Below are positions 7,799 through 16,235 of a stretch of DNA of 32,000 nt, one piece after another. The notes beneath the pieces are model-generated. The model was given only the letters and a program-made list of their open reading frames with translations, was not told the DNA's origin and did not search any database. The stretch comes from Mucisphaera calidilacus. GTDB taxonomy: Bacteria; Planctomycetota; Phycisphaerae; Phycisphaerales; Phycisphaeraceae. The DNA is taken from contig NZ_CP036280.1 of NCBI RefSeq assembly GCF_007748075.1, positions 3,030,001 to 3,062,000 on the forward strand, read 5' to 3'. Within the stretch, counting starts at the first letter, position 1; every line of letters begins with the position of its first letter. Position numbers and translations under genes: made by a program.

Positions 7799-9286
7799 TC
7801 AGCAGACGCGTTGACGCGTGCCGGCGATCAGGGCTGCAAGGCCGAGCAGGAACGACGCCGGCTCGGGCGTGCTGACCGGCTGGAAGTTAGCGGCGAGGAT
7901 CGAGAGGTCGAGCAGGTCGACGACGCCGTCGACGTTGAAGTCGCCCTGCTCGAAGGTGCCGAACGAGTCGAAGTTGGCGGCGAGGATCGAGAGGTCGACG
8001 AGATCGACAACGCCGTCGCTGTTGGCGTCGCCGGCGATGAGATCGATGGGGATGCCGAGGCTGTCGGCGAAGGCGAGGCCGAAGTTCCTGCCCATGTCGT
8101 GGTAATAGTCGAGGGGCCGCTGGAAGCCGAACTGCGTCTCGAAGGTGACATCGACCTCGGCGCCGAGGAACGCCTCGGCGTGGTTGGTGGTGTACCAGGA
8201 GGTGCCGGTGGAGTTGGAGCTCTGGATGTTGGGCTGGATCGCGAGCAGCGACTGCCAGAAGGGGCTGAGGTGATCGCCCTGATCGAAGGGGATGAAGCCG
8301 AAGTCGTCGCCGCCGGTGGGCACGGTGGAGTGGAAATCGATGAAATAACTCAGGTCGGCGGAGGTCTGGGTGATATCCAGATACATCGCCTCGGCCTGGA
8401 CCCGGATGTCCTGGTGGGTGGCGTAGAGGTCGGGGTGCCAGAGGCGGTTGGGGTCGGTGCCGACGTTCTCGACGGTGGTGCGGCTGTTGCCCGCGAAGCG
8501 GCCGTCGGGGTTGGCGCAGGGGTAGGCGATGAACTCGGCGGCCTGGCGGAGGTGCGCTGCGACGGGGTCGTCGGAGATGAGGAAGTCGATCAGTCCCTGG
8601 TAGGTGTGGGTCCCGAGCGTCTCGCCGGCGTGGAGCCCGCTCATGACCATGACCTTGAGTTTCTGCTGACGCCCGCTGTCGGTGGCGGGGTCGGTGATCC
8701 GGTAGGCAAAGATCTCGCGGGGATCGACGGTGCGGCCCAAGTCGTCGGTGCCGCCGGGGCTCATGCCGATGACGCCGTTGGCGTCACCCGACAGCGTGGG
8801 CGTGGCCCACGGGCTCGCGAGGACCTCCTGCGTGTGCGCAACCGACATGCCGTAGGAATAGGGGAAAGCGTAAGCGACCTGGACCTCGTCCTGAGTGAAG
8901 CCGCCGTCAATGGAGAAGCTGTAGGTGCCGTTGGACCGCTGGTTGTTGTCGAAGTAGTCCCAGTTGACGCCATCGTAGGAGTAGACCATCGCGTGGTTGT
9001 TGAGTTTCGACCCGCCGCCGGCGAAGTTGTCGGAGATGCGGAAGACGACGTTGTCGCCAAGCACGTCGCTGGCGGTGAAGTTGAGCCAGCGCCACTGCCC
9101 GTTGCCGTAGTAGTTGTCCCGGCCGACGAGGTCGACGTAGGTGGTGGTGCCGGGTCGCCCGCCGGCCCCGGCGACGCTGAACGACTCAAGCGACGCGTGG
9201 TCGTAGTCGGCGTCGATGGTGATGGCCGAAGCCGTGCCAGCGAGAGCCAGTGAGGCCACGAGGGCAGCGGTGCGATGGAACTTCAT
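7799..9286 (-). CDS. Secreted M14 (zinc carboxypeptidase)-like protein with two dockerin-like repeats and a C-terminal PEP-CTERM sorting signal
   Basis: ORF track gives 7799..9337. I prefer ATG 9286-9284 (MKFHRTAALVASLALAGTASA, a signal peptide) with GGGAGGA 6 nt upstream. M14 motifs: LHAGE (HxxE), NPDGR, TDPNR, FIDFHS. Two DxNxDGVVDLxDLSILAANF repeats. The C-terminus TPEPASFLLGLAALIAGTRQRVC is PEP, then a hydrophobic helix, then a basic tail (PEP codons at 7859-7867). Confidence 0.75.
   Translation of the reverse strand: MKFHRTAALVASLALAGTASAITIDADYDHASLESFSVAGAGGRPGTTTYVDLVGRDNYYGNGQWRWLNFTASDVLGDNVVFRISDNFAGGGSKLNNHAMVYSYDGVNWDYFDNNQRSNGTYSFSIDGGFTQDEVQVAYAFPYSYGMSVAHTQEVLASPWATPTLSGDANGVIGMSPGGTDDLGRTVDPREIFAYRITDPATDSGRQQKLKVMVMSGLHAGETLGTHTYQGLIDFLISDDPVAAHLRQAAEFIAYPCANPDGRFAGNSRTTVENVGTDPNRLWHPDLYATHQDIRVQAEAMYLDITQTSADLSYFIDFHSTVPTGGDDFGFIPFDQGDHLSPFWQSLLAIQPNIQSSNSTGTSWYTTNHAEAFLGAEVDVTFETQFGFQRPLDYYHDMGRNFGLAFADSLGIPIDLIAGDANSDGVVDLVDLSILAANFDSFGTFEQGDFNVDGVVDLLDLSILAANFQPVSTPEPASFLLGLAALIAGTRQRVC
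7883..8032 (-). repeat. Two 63-bp coding repeat units (87-bp period) encoding the dockerin/EF-hand-like modules
   Basis: Unit 1 is 7883-7945 and unit 2 is 7970-8032. By my hand alignment 54/63 positions are identical, including an identical 22-nt run GCGGCGAGGATCGAGAGGTCGA. Confidence 0.8.
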
Positions 9287-9398
9287 GTGTATCCTCCCAG
9301 TCACGCGTCGACGCGAGCCTGCGTGGTGATGTGTCATAATCCCTAAGACTACAGCCGTCGGGAACCGGCACCAACTTTTCTTGCTCAGGAGCGGTCGG

Positions 9399-10229
9399 AT
9401 GGAGCTTCAGATCTTTCGTCACTTGTGGGGCGTGCCCGATCCGCTGGACGTCTGCATCCCGCGTTTTGTGAAAGCGGGTTATGACGGCATCGAGTGTGCC
9501 TCCGCGGAGAAGCTGCCTCAGGGCGTCACGACCGATGACCTGCGAGGGGCGATCGAAACCCACAACCTCGCCTACCTCGCCCAGACCTTCACCACGGGGG
9601 ACTCGGTGGCGGAGCACGTGGCGAGTTTTCGCGCCGAACTTGACCGGGTTCTGCCGCTGAACCCGGTGCGGATCGGCTGTCATTCGGGCTGGGACCGGTT
9701 CCCGCTCAAGGACGCGATCGATCTGTACCGCGAACTGGTACGGATTGAGGCTGACCTCGGCATCCCCGTCGGGCACGAGACCCACCGCAGCCGGATTTTC
9801 TACAACCCCTGGACGACCCGCGACGTGCTGATGGAGGTGCCCGAAGTCAAACTCGTGTGCGATTTCTCGCACTGGGTCTGCGTCTGCGAGCGGATCCCCG
9901 AGGAACCGGAAGTCTTTGCCCTCGCTGCTGATCGGTGCATGCACCTGCACGCGCGGATCGGCTACGCGGAGGGGCCTCAGGTGACCGACCCCGACGCTCC
10001 GGAGTTCGCGGCCGAGCGCGCCGCGCACGAGGCGTGGTGGCAACAGATCTGGGCGGTTCAGCAGGAACGTGGCGAGTCGGTCACGACGGTGACACCTGAG
10101 TTCGGCCCACCCCCCTACCTGCACACGCTGCCGCACACCCAGGAACCGGTCGCGGACCTGGAGGACGTGTGCGACCGGCAGGCCGGGAACGTGCGCAGGC
10201 TCTTTGCTGCGTGGTCATCCCGGGCATAG
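9399..10229 (+). CDS. Sugar phosphate isomerase/epimerase (xylose-isomerase-like TIM barrel)
   Basis: The ORF track starts at TTG 9381. ATG 9399 (MELQIFRHLWG) has AGGAG 7 nt upstream. AGYDGIE, GHETHR and HLHARIGY segments are typical of this TIM-barrel family. Confidence 0.7.
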   Translation: MELQIFRHLWGVPDPLDVCIPRFVKAGYDGIECASAEKLPQGVTTDDLRGAIETHNLAYLAQTFTTGDSVAEHVASFRAELDRVLPLNPVRIGCHSGWDRFPLKDAIDLYRELVRIEADLGIPVGHETHRSRIFYNPWTTRDVLMEVPEVKLVCDFSHWVCVCERIPEEPEVFALAADRCMHLHARIGYAEGPQVTDPDAPEFAAERAAHEAWWQQIWAVQQERGESVTTVTPEFGPPPYLHTLPHTQEPVADLEDVCDRQAGNVRRLFAAWSSRA

Positions 10230-10249
10230 AGATTCGTGGTGCGATCCAA

Positions 10250-10266
10250 CTTCCGTTGGGGGGAAG
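10250..10266. terminator. Weak hairpin between the convergent isomerase gene and tRNA-Gln
   Basis: CTTCC-gttgggg-GGAAG: 5-bp stem, 7-nt loop, immediately 3' of the tRNA on the minus strand. Short stem and no clear T-tract. Confidence 0.2.
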
Positions 10267-10338
10267 CTGGCCCTCAGGGACTCGAACCCCGACTAACTGG
10301 ACCAGAACCAGTCGTGCTGCCAATTACACCAAGGGCCA
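10267..10338 (-). tRNA. tRNA-Gln (anticodon CTG)
   Basis: Reverse complement reads TGGCCCT-TG-GTGTAATTGGCAGCAC-G-ACTGG-TTCTGGT-CCAGT-TAGT-CGGGG-TTCGAGT-CCCTG-AGGGCCA-G. It has a 7-bp acceptor stem with U1:A72 (typical of bacterial tRNA-Gln), a 5-bp anticodon stem, loop UU-CUG-GU, and a TTCGA T-loop. CCA is not encoded. Confidence 0.9.
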
Positions 10339-10362
10339 AAGGTGGCTTTCGCCAAGTCCAGC

Positions 10363-10391
10363 ATCGTAGGGTTCGGCCGGCGGAGCGTCAA
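10363..10391 (-). promoter_or_regulatory. Candidate promoter for tRNA-Gln (TTGACG-17 nt-TACGAT on the minus strand)
   Basis: On the minus strand, TTGACG (plus-strand 10391-10386), 17-nt spacer, TACGAT (10368-10363), ending 24 nt upstream of the mature tRNA 5' end. Read-through from the upstream HAD gene is also possible. Confidence 0.35.
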
Positions 10392-10412
10392 AACGGAGAT
10401 GATCGGACCCGG

Positions 10413-11084
10413 TCACGCCCTGACCCGCTCGCCCATGGCCGCTGCAACCTCGTGCAGATCAACGGTTTCGAGCGATTCAACGATGCGATCCGCCTCGTCG
10501 AAGCTCTGGCCGGCGGTGACGCGGTTGGGGACGGCGACGGCGTACAGCCCCGCGGCGGCGGCCGACCTGATGCCGTTGGGTGAGTCCTCGAGAGCCAGGC
10601 AGCGTTGCGGGGGCAGGCCCATGCGTCGGCAGGCCTCGGCAAACGGATCGGGCTCGGGCTTGTGGCGGGTGGTCTCCTCGCGGGTGACGAGGATCGGGAA
10701 GGCGTCGATGAGGCCGTGCTTCTCGAGGTAGCCGGCGACCCACTCGCGGTCGGAGCCCGAGGCGATCGAGAGCCGCAGGCCCTTGCTCCGGGCCTGAGCG
10801 ACGAGGTCGCGGACGCCGGGCATCAGGTCGGACGCATCGATGCGGGACCGGACGCTCTTTCGTCGCTCCGCGTCGATCGCCTCGCGGTCGTAGGCCGGGT
10901 CGCCCAGTTCCTCGAGTCGGGTGTGGAAGTCGAACATCCACGCGGGCCGGCCCAGAACCTCGACCCAGCGATCGATCGGCAGGTCGAGCCCGAAGCGCTC
11001 GTAGACGCTGCGCCAGCCGTCGTACTGCGGACCCTCGGTGTCGAGAATCAGGCCGTCGAAATCAAACACAATCCCCTCGAGCAT
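10413..11084 (-). CDS. HAD-superfamily hydrolase, subfamily IA (beta-phosphoglucomutase/sugar-phosphatase-like)
   Basis: 223-aa ORF. Motif I is FDFDGLILDTE, motif II is SIASGS, and motifs III/IV are HKPEPD ... LEDSPNG. It begins 12 nt after the rpe stop. Confidence 0.8.
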   Translation of the reverse strand: MLEGIVFDFDGLILDTEGPQYDGWRSVYERFGLDLPIDRWVEVLGRPAWMFDFHTRLEELGDPAYDREAIDAERRKSVRSRIDASDLMPGVRDLVAQARSKGLRLSIASGSDREWVAGYLEKHGLIDAFPILVTREETTRHKPEPDPFAEACRRMGLPPQRCLALEDSPNGIRSAAAAGLYAVAVPNRVTAGQSFDEADRIVESLETVDLHEVAAAMGERVRA

Positions 11085-11096
11085 GAGAACCCCCGT

Positions 11097-11804
11097 TTAC
11101 GCGTTGGACCGGTGGAAGGCATCGATGACCGCGGTCCGGTCGTCCGAGCCGAAGAGCGCGGAGGCGGTGACCATGACGTCGACGCCATGGGCGGCCGCGT
11201 CCCGGCAGGTCTGCGTGTTGAGCCCGCCGTCCATCTCGATGCGCAGGTCGGGACCGGCGAGCTGGCGCAGGCCCGCGGCCTTGGGCAGCACCTCGGGCAT
11301 GAACTTCTGGCCCGAGCGCCCCGGATGAACACTCATGACCAGCACCATCTGGATGTCGCTGAGCACCGGCTCGATGACGCGCAGCGCGTCGTCAAGGCCG
11401 GTCGGCGGGTTGACGACCAGGCCCGCCTCGGCCCCGGCGTCGTGGACGCGTTTGATGAGGTCCTTCGCCTTGATGCCGCCCGAGACAAGCGGCTCACAGA
11501 CCTCGACGTGGAAGGTGAGCATGTTGGCGCCGGCAGCGGCGTAGTCCTCGACGTAGTCGCCGGGCCGTTCGACCATCAGGTGGACGTCGAGGTACGTGTC
11601 GGGCAGGTGCCGGCGGACGCCTCGGATCATGTCGACGCCCATGGTGAGGTTGGGCGCGAAGTGGCCGTCCATGACGTCCATGTGGAGCAGGTCGGCTCCG
11701 CGGCTCAGGACGTCGCGGCACTCCTCGGCCATGCGTCCGAAGTCGGCGGAGAGGATCGAGACCGACACCAGCGGGTGCGGCGGGTTGTCGCAGAGCTTGA
11801 GCAT
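11097..11804 (-). CDS. rpe: Ribulose-phosphate 3-epimerase
   Basis: 235-aa ORF with SILSADF, HMDVMDGHFAPNLT, DVHLMV, MSVHPGRSGQKF and IEMDGG, which is the canonical Rpe pattern. Confidence 0.9.
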   Translation of the reverse strand: MLKLCDNPPHPLVSVSILSADFGRMAEECRDVLSRGADLLHMDVMDGHFAPNLTMGVDMIRGVRRHLPDTYLDVHLMVERPGDYVEDYAAAGANMLTFHVEVCEPLVSGGIKAKDLIKRVHDAGAEAGLVVNPPTGLDDALRVIEPVLSDIQMVLVMSVHPGRSGQKFMPEVLPKAAGLRQLAGPDLRIEMDGGLNTQTCRDAAAHGVDVMVTASALFGSDDRTAVIDAFHRSNA

Positions 11805-11835
11805 GGGCCTAGTTTACGGGATCGCGAAACGCTCT

Positions 11836-12825
11836 TTAGAACTTCATCCCGAAGCCCAGACGGGCGTAGGGCGCGTCGGAGAGCTTGCGGACCGTCGTGT
11901 CGTCGCGGACGTCGTAGCCGGTGGTGAACTGCTGGCCGAAGGCCCAGCCGCCGGCGACGGTGAGTTCGAGCCCGCGGAGGAAACGCCACTTGAGACCGGC
12001 CTCGAGCAGGTCCTGGCGGAAGAACAGCCGTCGGTCCTTGGGCAGGCTCCCGATGGCGTAGGCCTTGTTGCGTGCGAGCAGCTCGCCGTAGAACTCAAGC
12101 GGCTCAATAACCCGGTAGCCGATGCGTGCGCGGAAGCTTTCGGGGTAGAAGAAGGTGGCATCGAGGTTGAGCTTGTCGACAGGCGTCCAGCGGACGGTCG
12201 CGAAGGGGAAGCCGACCGTGAACATGAAGGGCGTCTCGGTCTGGAGCCGCTTGGTGTAGGCAATACCGGGGAGGGGGATGTCGGGGAAGATCGAGCGGTT
12301 GCCGTCCCAGTCGATGAGGTAGGTGATGGAAGAGAACTCGTCGATCTTCTGGGTAAGCCCGATGCCTGCCGAGCCGTAGATGCCCTGGTCGCCCCCGTCG
12401 AAGGACCAGTCGCCGTCGCTGTCCCGCAGCTCGCCGGCGTAGCCGATGCCCAGCCCCCAGCTGAGGGTGAAGGTCTCGTTGAGAACGTGGTTGATGCCGC
12501 CGCTGAAGAAGAGGTCGCCGGCCGACTCGGGCAGGGCGGGGTCGATCGAGTCGATCGCGAAGGTGTGGAGGCCGATGCGCATCGTCGGGACGGTGTCGGG
12601 GTTGTCGCCGAAGCGGGCCCGGAATCCCAGGTCAAAGACCCGGAGGTCGGTGTCGAGGTCACCGTTCTTGGTCTCGGCGTCGGGCACGACCAGGCCGAGG
12701 GCCTCGATCTCGTAGTTGGTCGGTCCGCGGAACGGGAGCATGACGCCGGTGAGCGAGGACTCGGCGCGGGCGTGGGACAGCCCCGCTGCGAGCAGGATCA
12801 GGCAGGCGAGCAGGAGGTGACGCAT
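11836..12825 (-). CDS. Hypothetical outer-membrane beta-barrel protein (signal peptide, C-terminal aromatic beta-signal)
   Basis: 329-aa ORF. N-terminal signal MRHLLLACLILLAAGLSHA|RAE. Alternating hydrophobic/polar stretches rich in G, Y, F and D. The C-terminus ARLGFGMKF ends in Phe, as in OMP beta-signals. GGAGA lies 5 nt upstream of the ATG. I recognise no specific family. Confidence 0.55.
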   Translation of the reverse strand: MRHLLLACLILLAAGLSHARAESSLTGVMLPFRGPTNYEIEALGLVVPDAETKNGDLDTDLRVFDLGFRARFGDNPDTVPTMRIGLHTFAIDSIDPALPESAGDLFFSGGINHVLNETFTLSWGLGIGYAGELRDSDGDWSFDGGDQGIYGSAGIGLTQKIDEFSSITYLIDWDGNRSIFPDIPLPGIAYTKRLQTETPFMFTVGFPFATVRWTPVDKLNLDATFFYPESFRARIGYRVIEPLEFYGELLARNKAYAIGSLPKDRRLFFRQDLLEAGLKWRFLRGLELTVAGGWAFGQQFTTGYDVRDDTTVRKLSDAPYARLGFGMKF

Positions 12826-12855
12826 GCGTGTCTCCGGGTTGGGAGGAACGATCGC

Positions 12856-14046
12856 TTATTTCTCGTCGAGCAGGTCGACGCTGTTGAAGGCCTTGCCCTC
12901 GAGCATCTCGAGGCTGGCGCCGCCGCCGGTGCTGACGTGAGAGACCTGGTCGGCGAAACCGAGCTGCTGGATGGCCGCGGCGCTGTCGCCCCCGCCGATG
13001 ATGCTGACCGAGTCGCTGTCGGCGACGGCCTTGGCGACGGCCTTGGTGCCCTCGTCGAAGGGCGGCATCTCGAAGACACCCATCGGGCCGTTCCAGACCA
13101 CGGTCTTGGCGGAGGTGACGAGGTCCGCGAAGAGCTTCGCGGTCTTGGGGCCGATGTCGAGCGCCATGTAGCCCTCGGCGGTGCCGTCGGCGGGGACAAT
13201 CTGCTTGTCGCAGTCGGCGCTGAAGGCGTCACCGGTGTGCGCATCGATCGGCAGCACGAGCTTGTCGCCGGCCTTCTCGATGAGCGACTTGGCCAGGTCA
13301 ACCTTGTCCGGCTCGACCATGCTCTTGCCGACGGAATAGCCCTGGGCGAGCGCGAAGGTGTTGGCCATGGCCCCGCCGATCAGGACCTTGTCGCAGACGG
13401 TGAGGAGGTTGTCGATGACGTTGATCTTGTCGGAGACCTTGGCGCCGCCGAGGATCGCGACGAAGGGCCGCTTGGGTTCGCCGATCGCCTCGCTGAGGTA
13501 CTGGATCTCCTTCTCGACGAGGAAGCCGCAGACGGCGGGCTTGCCGTCGGTCTTCATCGCGCGGGGCACTGCGACCATGGAGGCGTGGTCGCGGTGGCAG
13601 GTGCCGAAGGCGTCGTTGCAGTAAGCGTCGCCGAAGGAGGCGAGGACGGCCGCGAAGTCTTCGTCGCCCTTCTTCTCGGCCTTGGCAAACCGGAGGTTCT
13701 CCAGGAGCACCACGCCGCCGGCCTGGAGCGCCGCGACCTTGGCCTTGGCGTCGTCGCCGACGGTGTCGCTGGCGAAGACGACCTCGGAGCCAATCATCTC
13801 GCCCAGTCGCACAGCCGCAGGAGCAAGCGAGAACTCGGGCTCGGCGCCCTCGCCCTTGGGCCGTCCGAGGTGACTCATGAGCACGAGCGAGCCGCCACGG
13901 TCAAGCACCGACTTGATCGAGTCGAGCGCCATGCGGATACGCCGATCGTCCGTGATGGCGCCGTCCTTGAGCGGGACGTTGAAGTCCACGCGCATCAGAA
14001 CCTTCTTGCCTGCAACATCGATGTCCGTGATCGTCTTCTTCGCCAC
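12856..14046 (-). CDS. pgk: Phosphoglycerate kinase
   Basis: 396-aa ORF with [41 protein letters not shown] and GGGDSAAA, which is the canonical Pgk pattern. Confidence 0.95.
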   Translation of the reverse strand: MAKKTITDIDVAGKKVLMRVDFNVPLKDGAITDDRRIRMALDSIKSVLDRGGSLVLMSHLGRPKGEGAEPEFSLAPAAVRLGEMIGSEVVFASDTVGDDAKAKVAALQAGGVVLLENLRFAKAEKKGDEDFAAVLASFGDAYCNDAFGTCHRDHASMVAVPRAMKTDGKPAVCGFLVEKEIQYLSEAIGEPKRPFVAILGGAKVSDKINVIDNLLTVCDKVLIGGAMANTFALAQGYSVGKSMVEPDKVDLAKSLIEKAGDKLVLPIDAHTGDAFSADCDKQIVPADGTAEGYMALDIGPKTAKLFADLVTSAKTVVWNGPMGVFEMPPFDEGTKAVAKAVADSDSVSIIGGGDSAAAIQQLGFADQVSHVSTGGGASLEMLEGKAFNSVDLLDEK

Positions 14047-14146
14047 AGCGCTATCCTCAGTGGTGGGGATGGAATTTCATTCTGAGCAGACTAACGTCTA
14101 CGCTCCCGGGGCATGACGCCCCATCAAACGATAGCTTAATCTGATC

Positions 14147-15355
14147 ATGACCCCACTGCACAACCATCTCAGTCAGCTCGGCGGCGAGTTCCTCACCTAC
14201 GGCCCGGACGAGGCCACCGCGGTCCGGATCCCCGATTCCTTCGGCGAATTCGAGGCCGAGTACGCGGCGATCCGCCGGCGCGTCGGCATCCTCGTGCTCG
14301 CGCAGCAGACCGTGCTCCAGGTCACCGGCGAAGACCGAAAAGACTTCCTGCACCGGCTGGTCACGCAGGAGATCAACGCGCTCGAGGGCGGGCAGACCAC
14401 GCGCTCGCTCCAGCTCGACACCAAGGGACGCGTGCTCGCCGACATGCTCGTGCATCACGGGCACCTCTGCACCTGGCTGGAGATGGACCGGTTCCACCTG
14501 CCGGCGGTGCGGGAGATCCTCGAACAGCGCTTGTTCACCGAGGACGTCGAACTGGAGCACCTCGACGACCGCGTGTTCATGGTCCTGATCGGCCCGGCAG
14601 CGCTGCAACTGCTCGCCGGCGTGGCGGAGCACACGGTCGAGACAATGACCGTCGAGTCGCTGGGCACGATGCCGCGCACCACGCACGTCCTGACCATCGA
14701 TGGCGTGAGGGTCTCGGCGACACGCTGGGACATGGCGGGTGAACTCGCGATCCGGCTGGCCGCGCCGTCAGACGATGCCGTGGCGGTCCACGAGAAACTG
14801 CTGGAGGCGGCGGGCTACGAGCCGGACACGGAACCGGACGCGGACTTCGCCGAGCGCCGGCGGGATTCGCTGCGCGGCCGACCGATCGGCTGGGCCGCCT
14901 ACAACACGGCCAGGATCGAAGCGGGCGAGGTGCTGTTCGGCGTCGACTTCGGCACCGACTGCCGCCCTGCCGAAGCAGGGTCGCGGGTGATGGATGAGAC
15001 CGTCTCGTTCACCAAGGGGTGCTACCTCGGGCAGGAGGTGGTGGCCCGGATGCACAACCTCGGCCATCCCAAGCGTCTGGCGGTCGGGCTGCGGATCGAC
15101 TCGGACCACCTGCCGGTCGCGGGGTCCCAGGTGCTCAAGGCCACCGACGACGGGCCGACACTCGACGTCATCGGCGCGATCACCTCGTCGACAACCTCGC
15201 CGCTGCAGGGCGGGACGACAGCGGCGATCGCCATGATGAAGTGGGGGCAGCACCGCCCGGGCACGAAGGTCTATGCGATCGAGGTGGGTGAGACGATCGA
15301 GGCGACGGTCACCGAGCCGGGTGTCGATGCGCTGAGGGACAAAACGACCACCTAG
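14147..15355 (+). CDS. ygfZ: Folate-binding protein YgfZ / GcvT-fold aminomethyltransferase-like protein
   Basis: 402-aa ORF. The C-terminal signature is FTKGCYLGQEVVARM (KGCYxGQE of YgfZ). The N-terminal part resembles the glycine-cleavage T-protein fold. Confidence 0.7.
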   Translation: MTPLHNHLSQLGGEFLTYGPDEATAVRIPDSFGEFEAEYAAIRRRVGILVLAQQTVLQVTGEDRKDFLHRLVTQEINALEGGQTTRSLQLDTKGRVLADMLVHHGHLCTWLEMDRFHLPAVREILEQRLFTEDVELEHLDDRVFMVLIGPAALQLLAGVAEHTVETMTVESLGTMPRTTHVLTIDGVRVSATRWDMAGELAIRLAAPSDDAVAVHEKLLEAAGYEPDTEPDADFAERRRDSLRGRPIGWAAYNTARIEAGEVLFGVDFGTDCRPAEAGSRVMDETVSFTKGCYLGQEVVARMHNLGHPKRLAVGLRIDSDHLPVAGSQVLKATDDGPTLDVIGAITSSTTSPLQGGTTAAIAMMKWGQHRPGTKVYAIEVGETIEATVTEPGVDALRDKTTT

Positions 15356-16107
15356 CGGCCCTCGAGGAGTCGCTGGCCGAGGAAGTCGGCGAGATCGGGG
15401 ATCTTCTCGATCTTGGCGACGACGGCGTCGATGTCGTACTCCGTGCGGTGGAAGGTCACGCGTTCGCCCTCGAGCACGGCATACGAGGCGCGGGGATCGC
15501 GGTCACGCGGCTGGCCGACCGACCCGGGGTTGATGACACACTTCTCCTCTTCCGAGAACTCGTACGTCCCCCCAAGGTCGCTGGGCGGGTAGAAATCGGG
15601 TTCATCGGTAAAGACGCCCGGGACGTGGGTGTGGCCCACGAGACAGGCGGTCTGGATGCGGTCAAAAATCTGCTGGACCTTCTGCGGGCTCGTGATCACG
15701 TCGTCGGGGAAGATGTACTCGTTGATCGGGCGTCGCGGCGAGGCGTGGACGCAGAGCATGTTCTCGAAGTCCTGCCGGATGCCGAGGTTGCCGAGAAACT
15801 CCCAGCGCTGGCGGCGCAGGGCGGTGTCCGGCTCGTTCTCCAGCTCGGCCCGGGTCCAGAAGGCGGCCGCCTCGGCGGTGGCGTTGAAACCGGTCGGCTC
15901 GTACAGAGCGGCAAAATCATGGTTGCCCATCAGTGCCCACGCACAGCGATCACGCACTAAGTCCAGACATTCACGAGGGTTAGGCCCGTATCCGATGATG
16001 TCCCCGAGGCAGATGATCTGCTCGATCCCCTTCTCCTCGATGTCGCTGAGCACGGCCATCAGGGCGTCCAGGTTGCCATGAATGTCAGAAATCAACGCGG
16101 TCGCCAT
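15352..16107 (-). CDS. Metallophosphoesterase-family protein (calcineurin-like phosphoesterase)
   Basis: 251-aa ORF with metallophosphoesterase motifs SDIHGN, LGDIIGYG, GNHD and VGHTHVPG. Its stop codon overlaps the ygfZ stop. Confidence 0.8.
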   Translation of the reverse strand: MATALISDIHGNLDALMAVLSDIEEKGIEQIICLGDIIGYGPNPRECLDLVRDRCAWALMGNHDFAALYEPTGFNATAEAAAFWTRAELENEPDTALRRQRWEFLGNLGIRQDFENMLCVHASPRRPINEYIFPDDVITSPQKVQQIFDRIQTACLVGHTHVPGVFTDEPDFYPPSDLGGTYEFSEEEKCVINPGSVGQPRDRDPRASYAVLEGERVTFHRTEYDIDAVVAKIEKIPDLADFLGQRLLEGR

Positions 16108-16235
16108 GAATGAGGCCCTGTCAGAAGAAGTGCTCCCCGCTCGAGTCGTCTAGAGAGTCTGAACATTTCTGTTCATCACGCAACTCTCCGCCCGTCAGGC
16201 CACCCGATCAGGAGCTATGGGTATATTCGGTCAAC

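Noticed and set aside
7796-9253. 485-aa plus-strand ORF antisense to the M14/PEP-CTERM gene
   Set aside because: The translation is G/V/D/E/A low complexity. The minus-strand frame has a signal peptide, M14 motifs, dockerin repeats and PEP-CTERM, so the minus strand is the coding strand.
11596-14085. 829-aa plus-strand ORF
   Set aside because: It is antisense to rpe, the OMP gene and pgk, all of which are unmistakable or well supported. Its composition is G/E/V/D/A/R-rich and featureless.
16110-16235. N-terminal 42-codon extension of the GT9 ORF
   Set aside because: This Cys/Ser-rich, lower-GC segment contains the TGAACA/TGTTCA palindrome and would start 2 nt from the divergent gene's start codon. 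It behaves like intergenic DNA.
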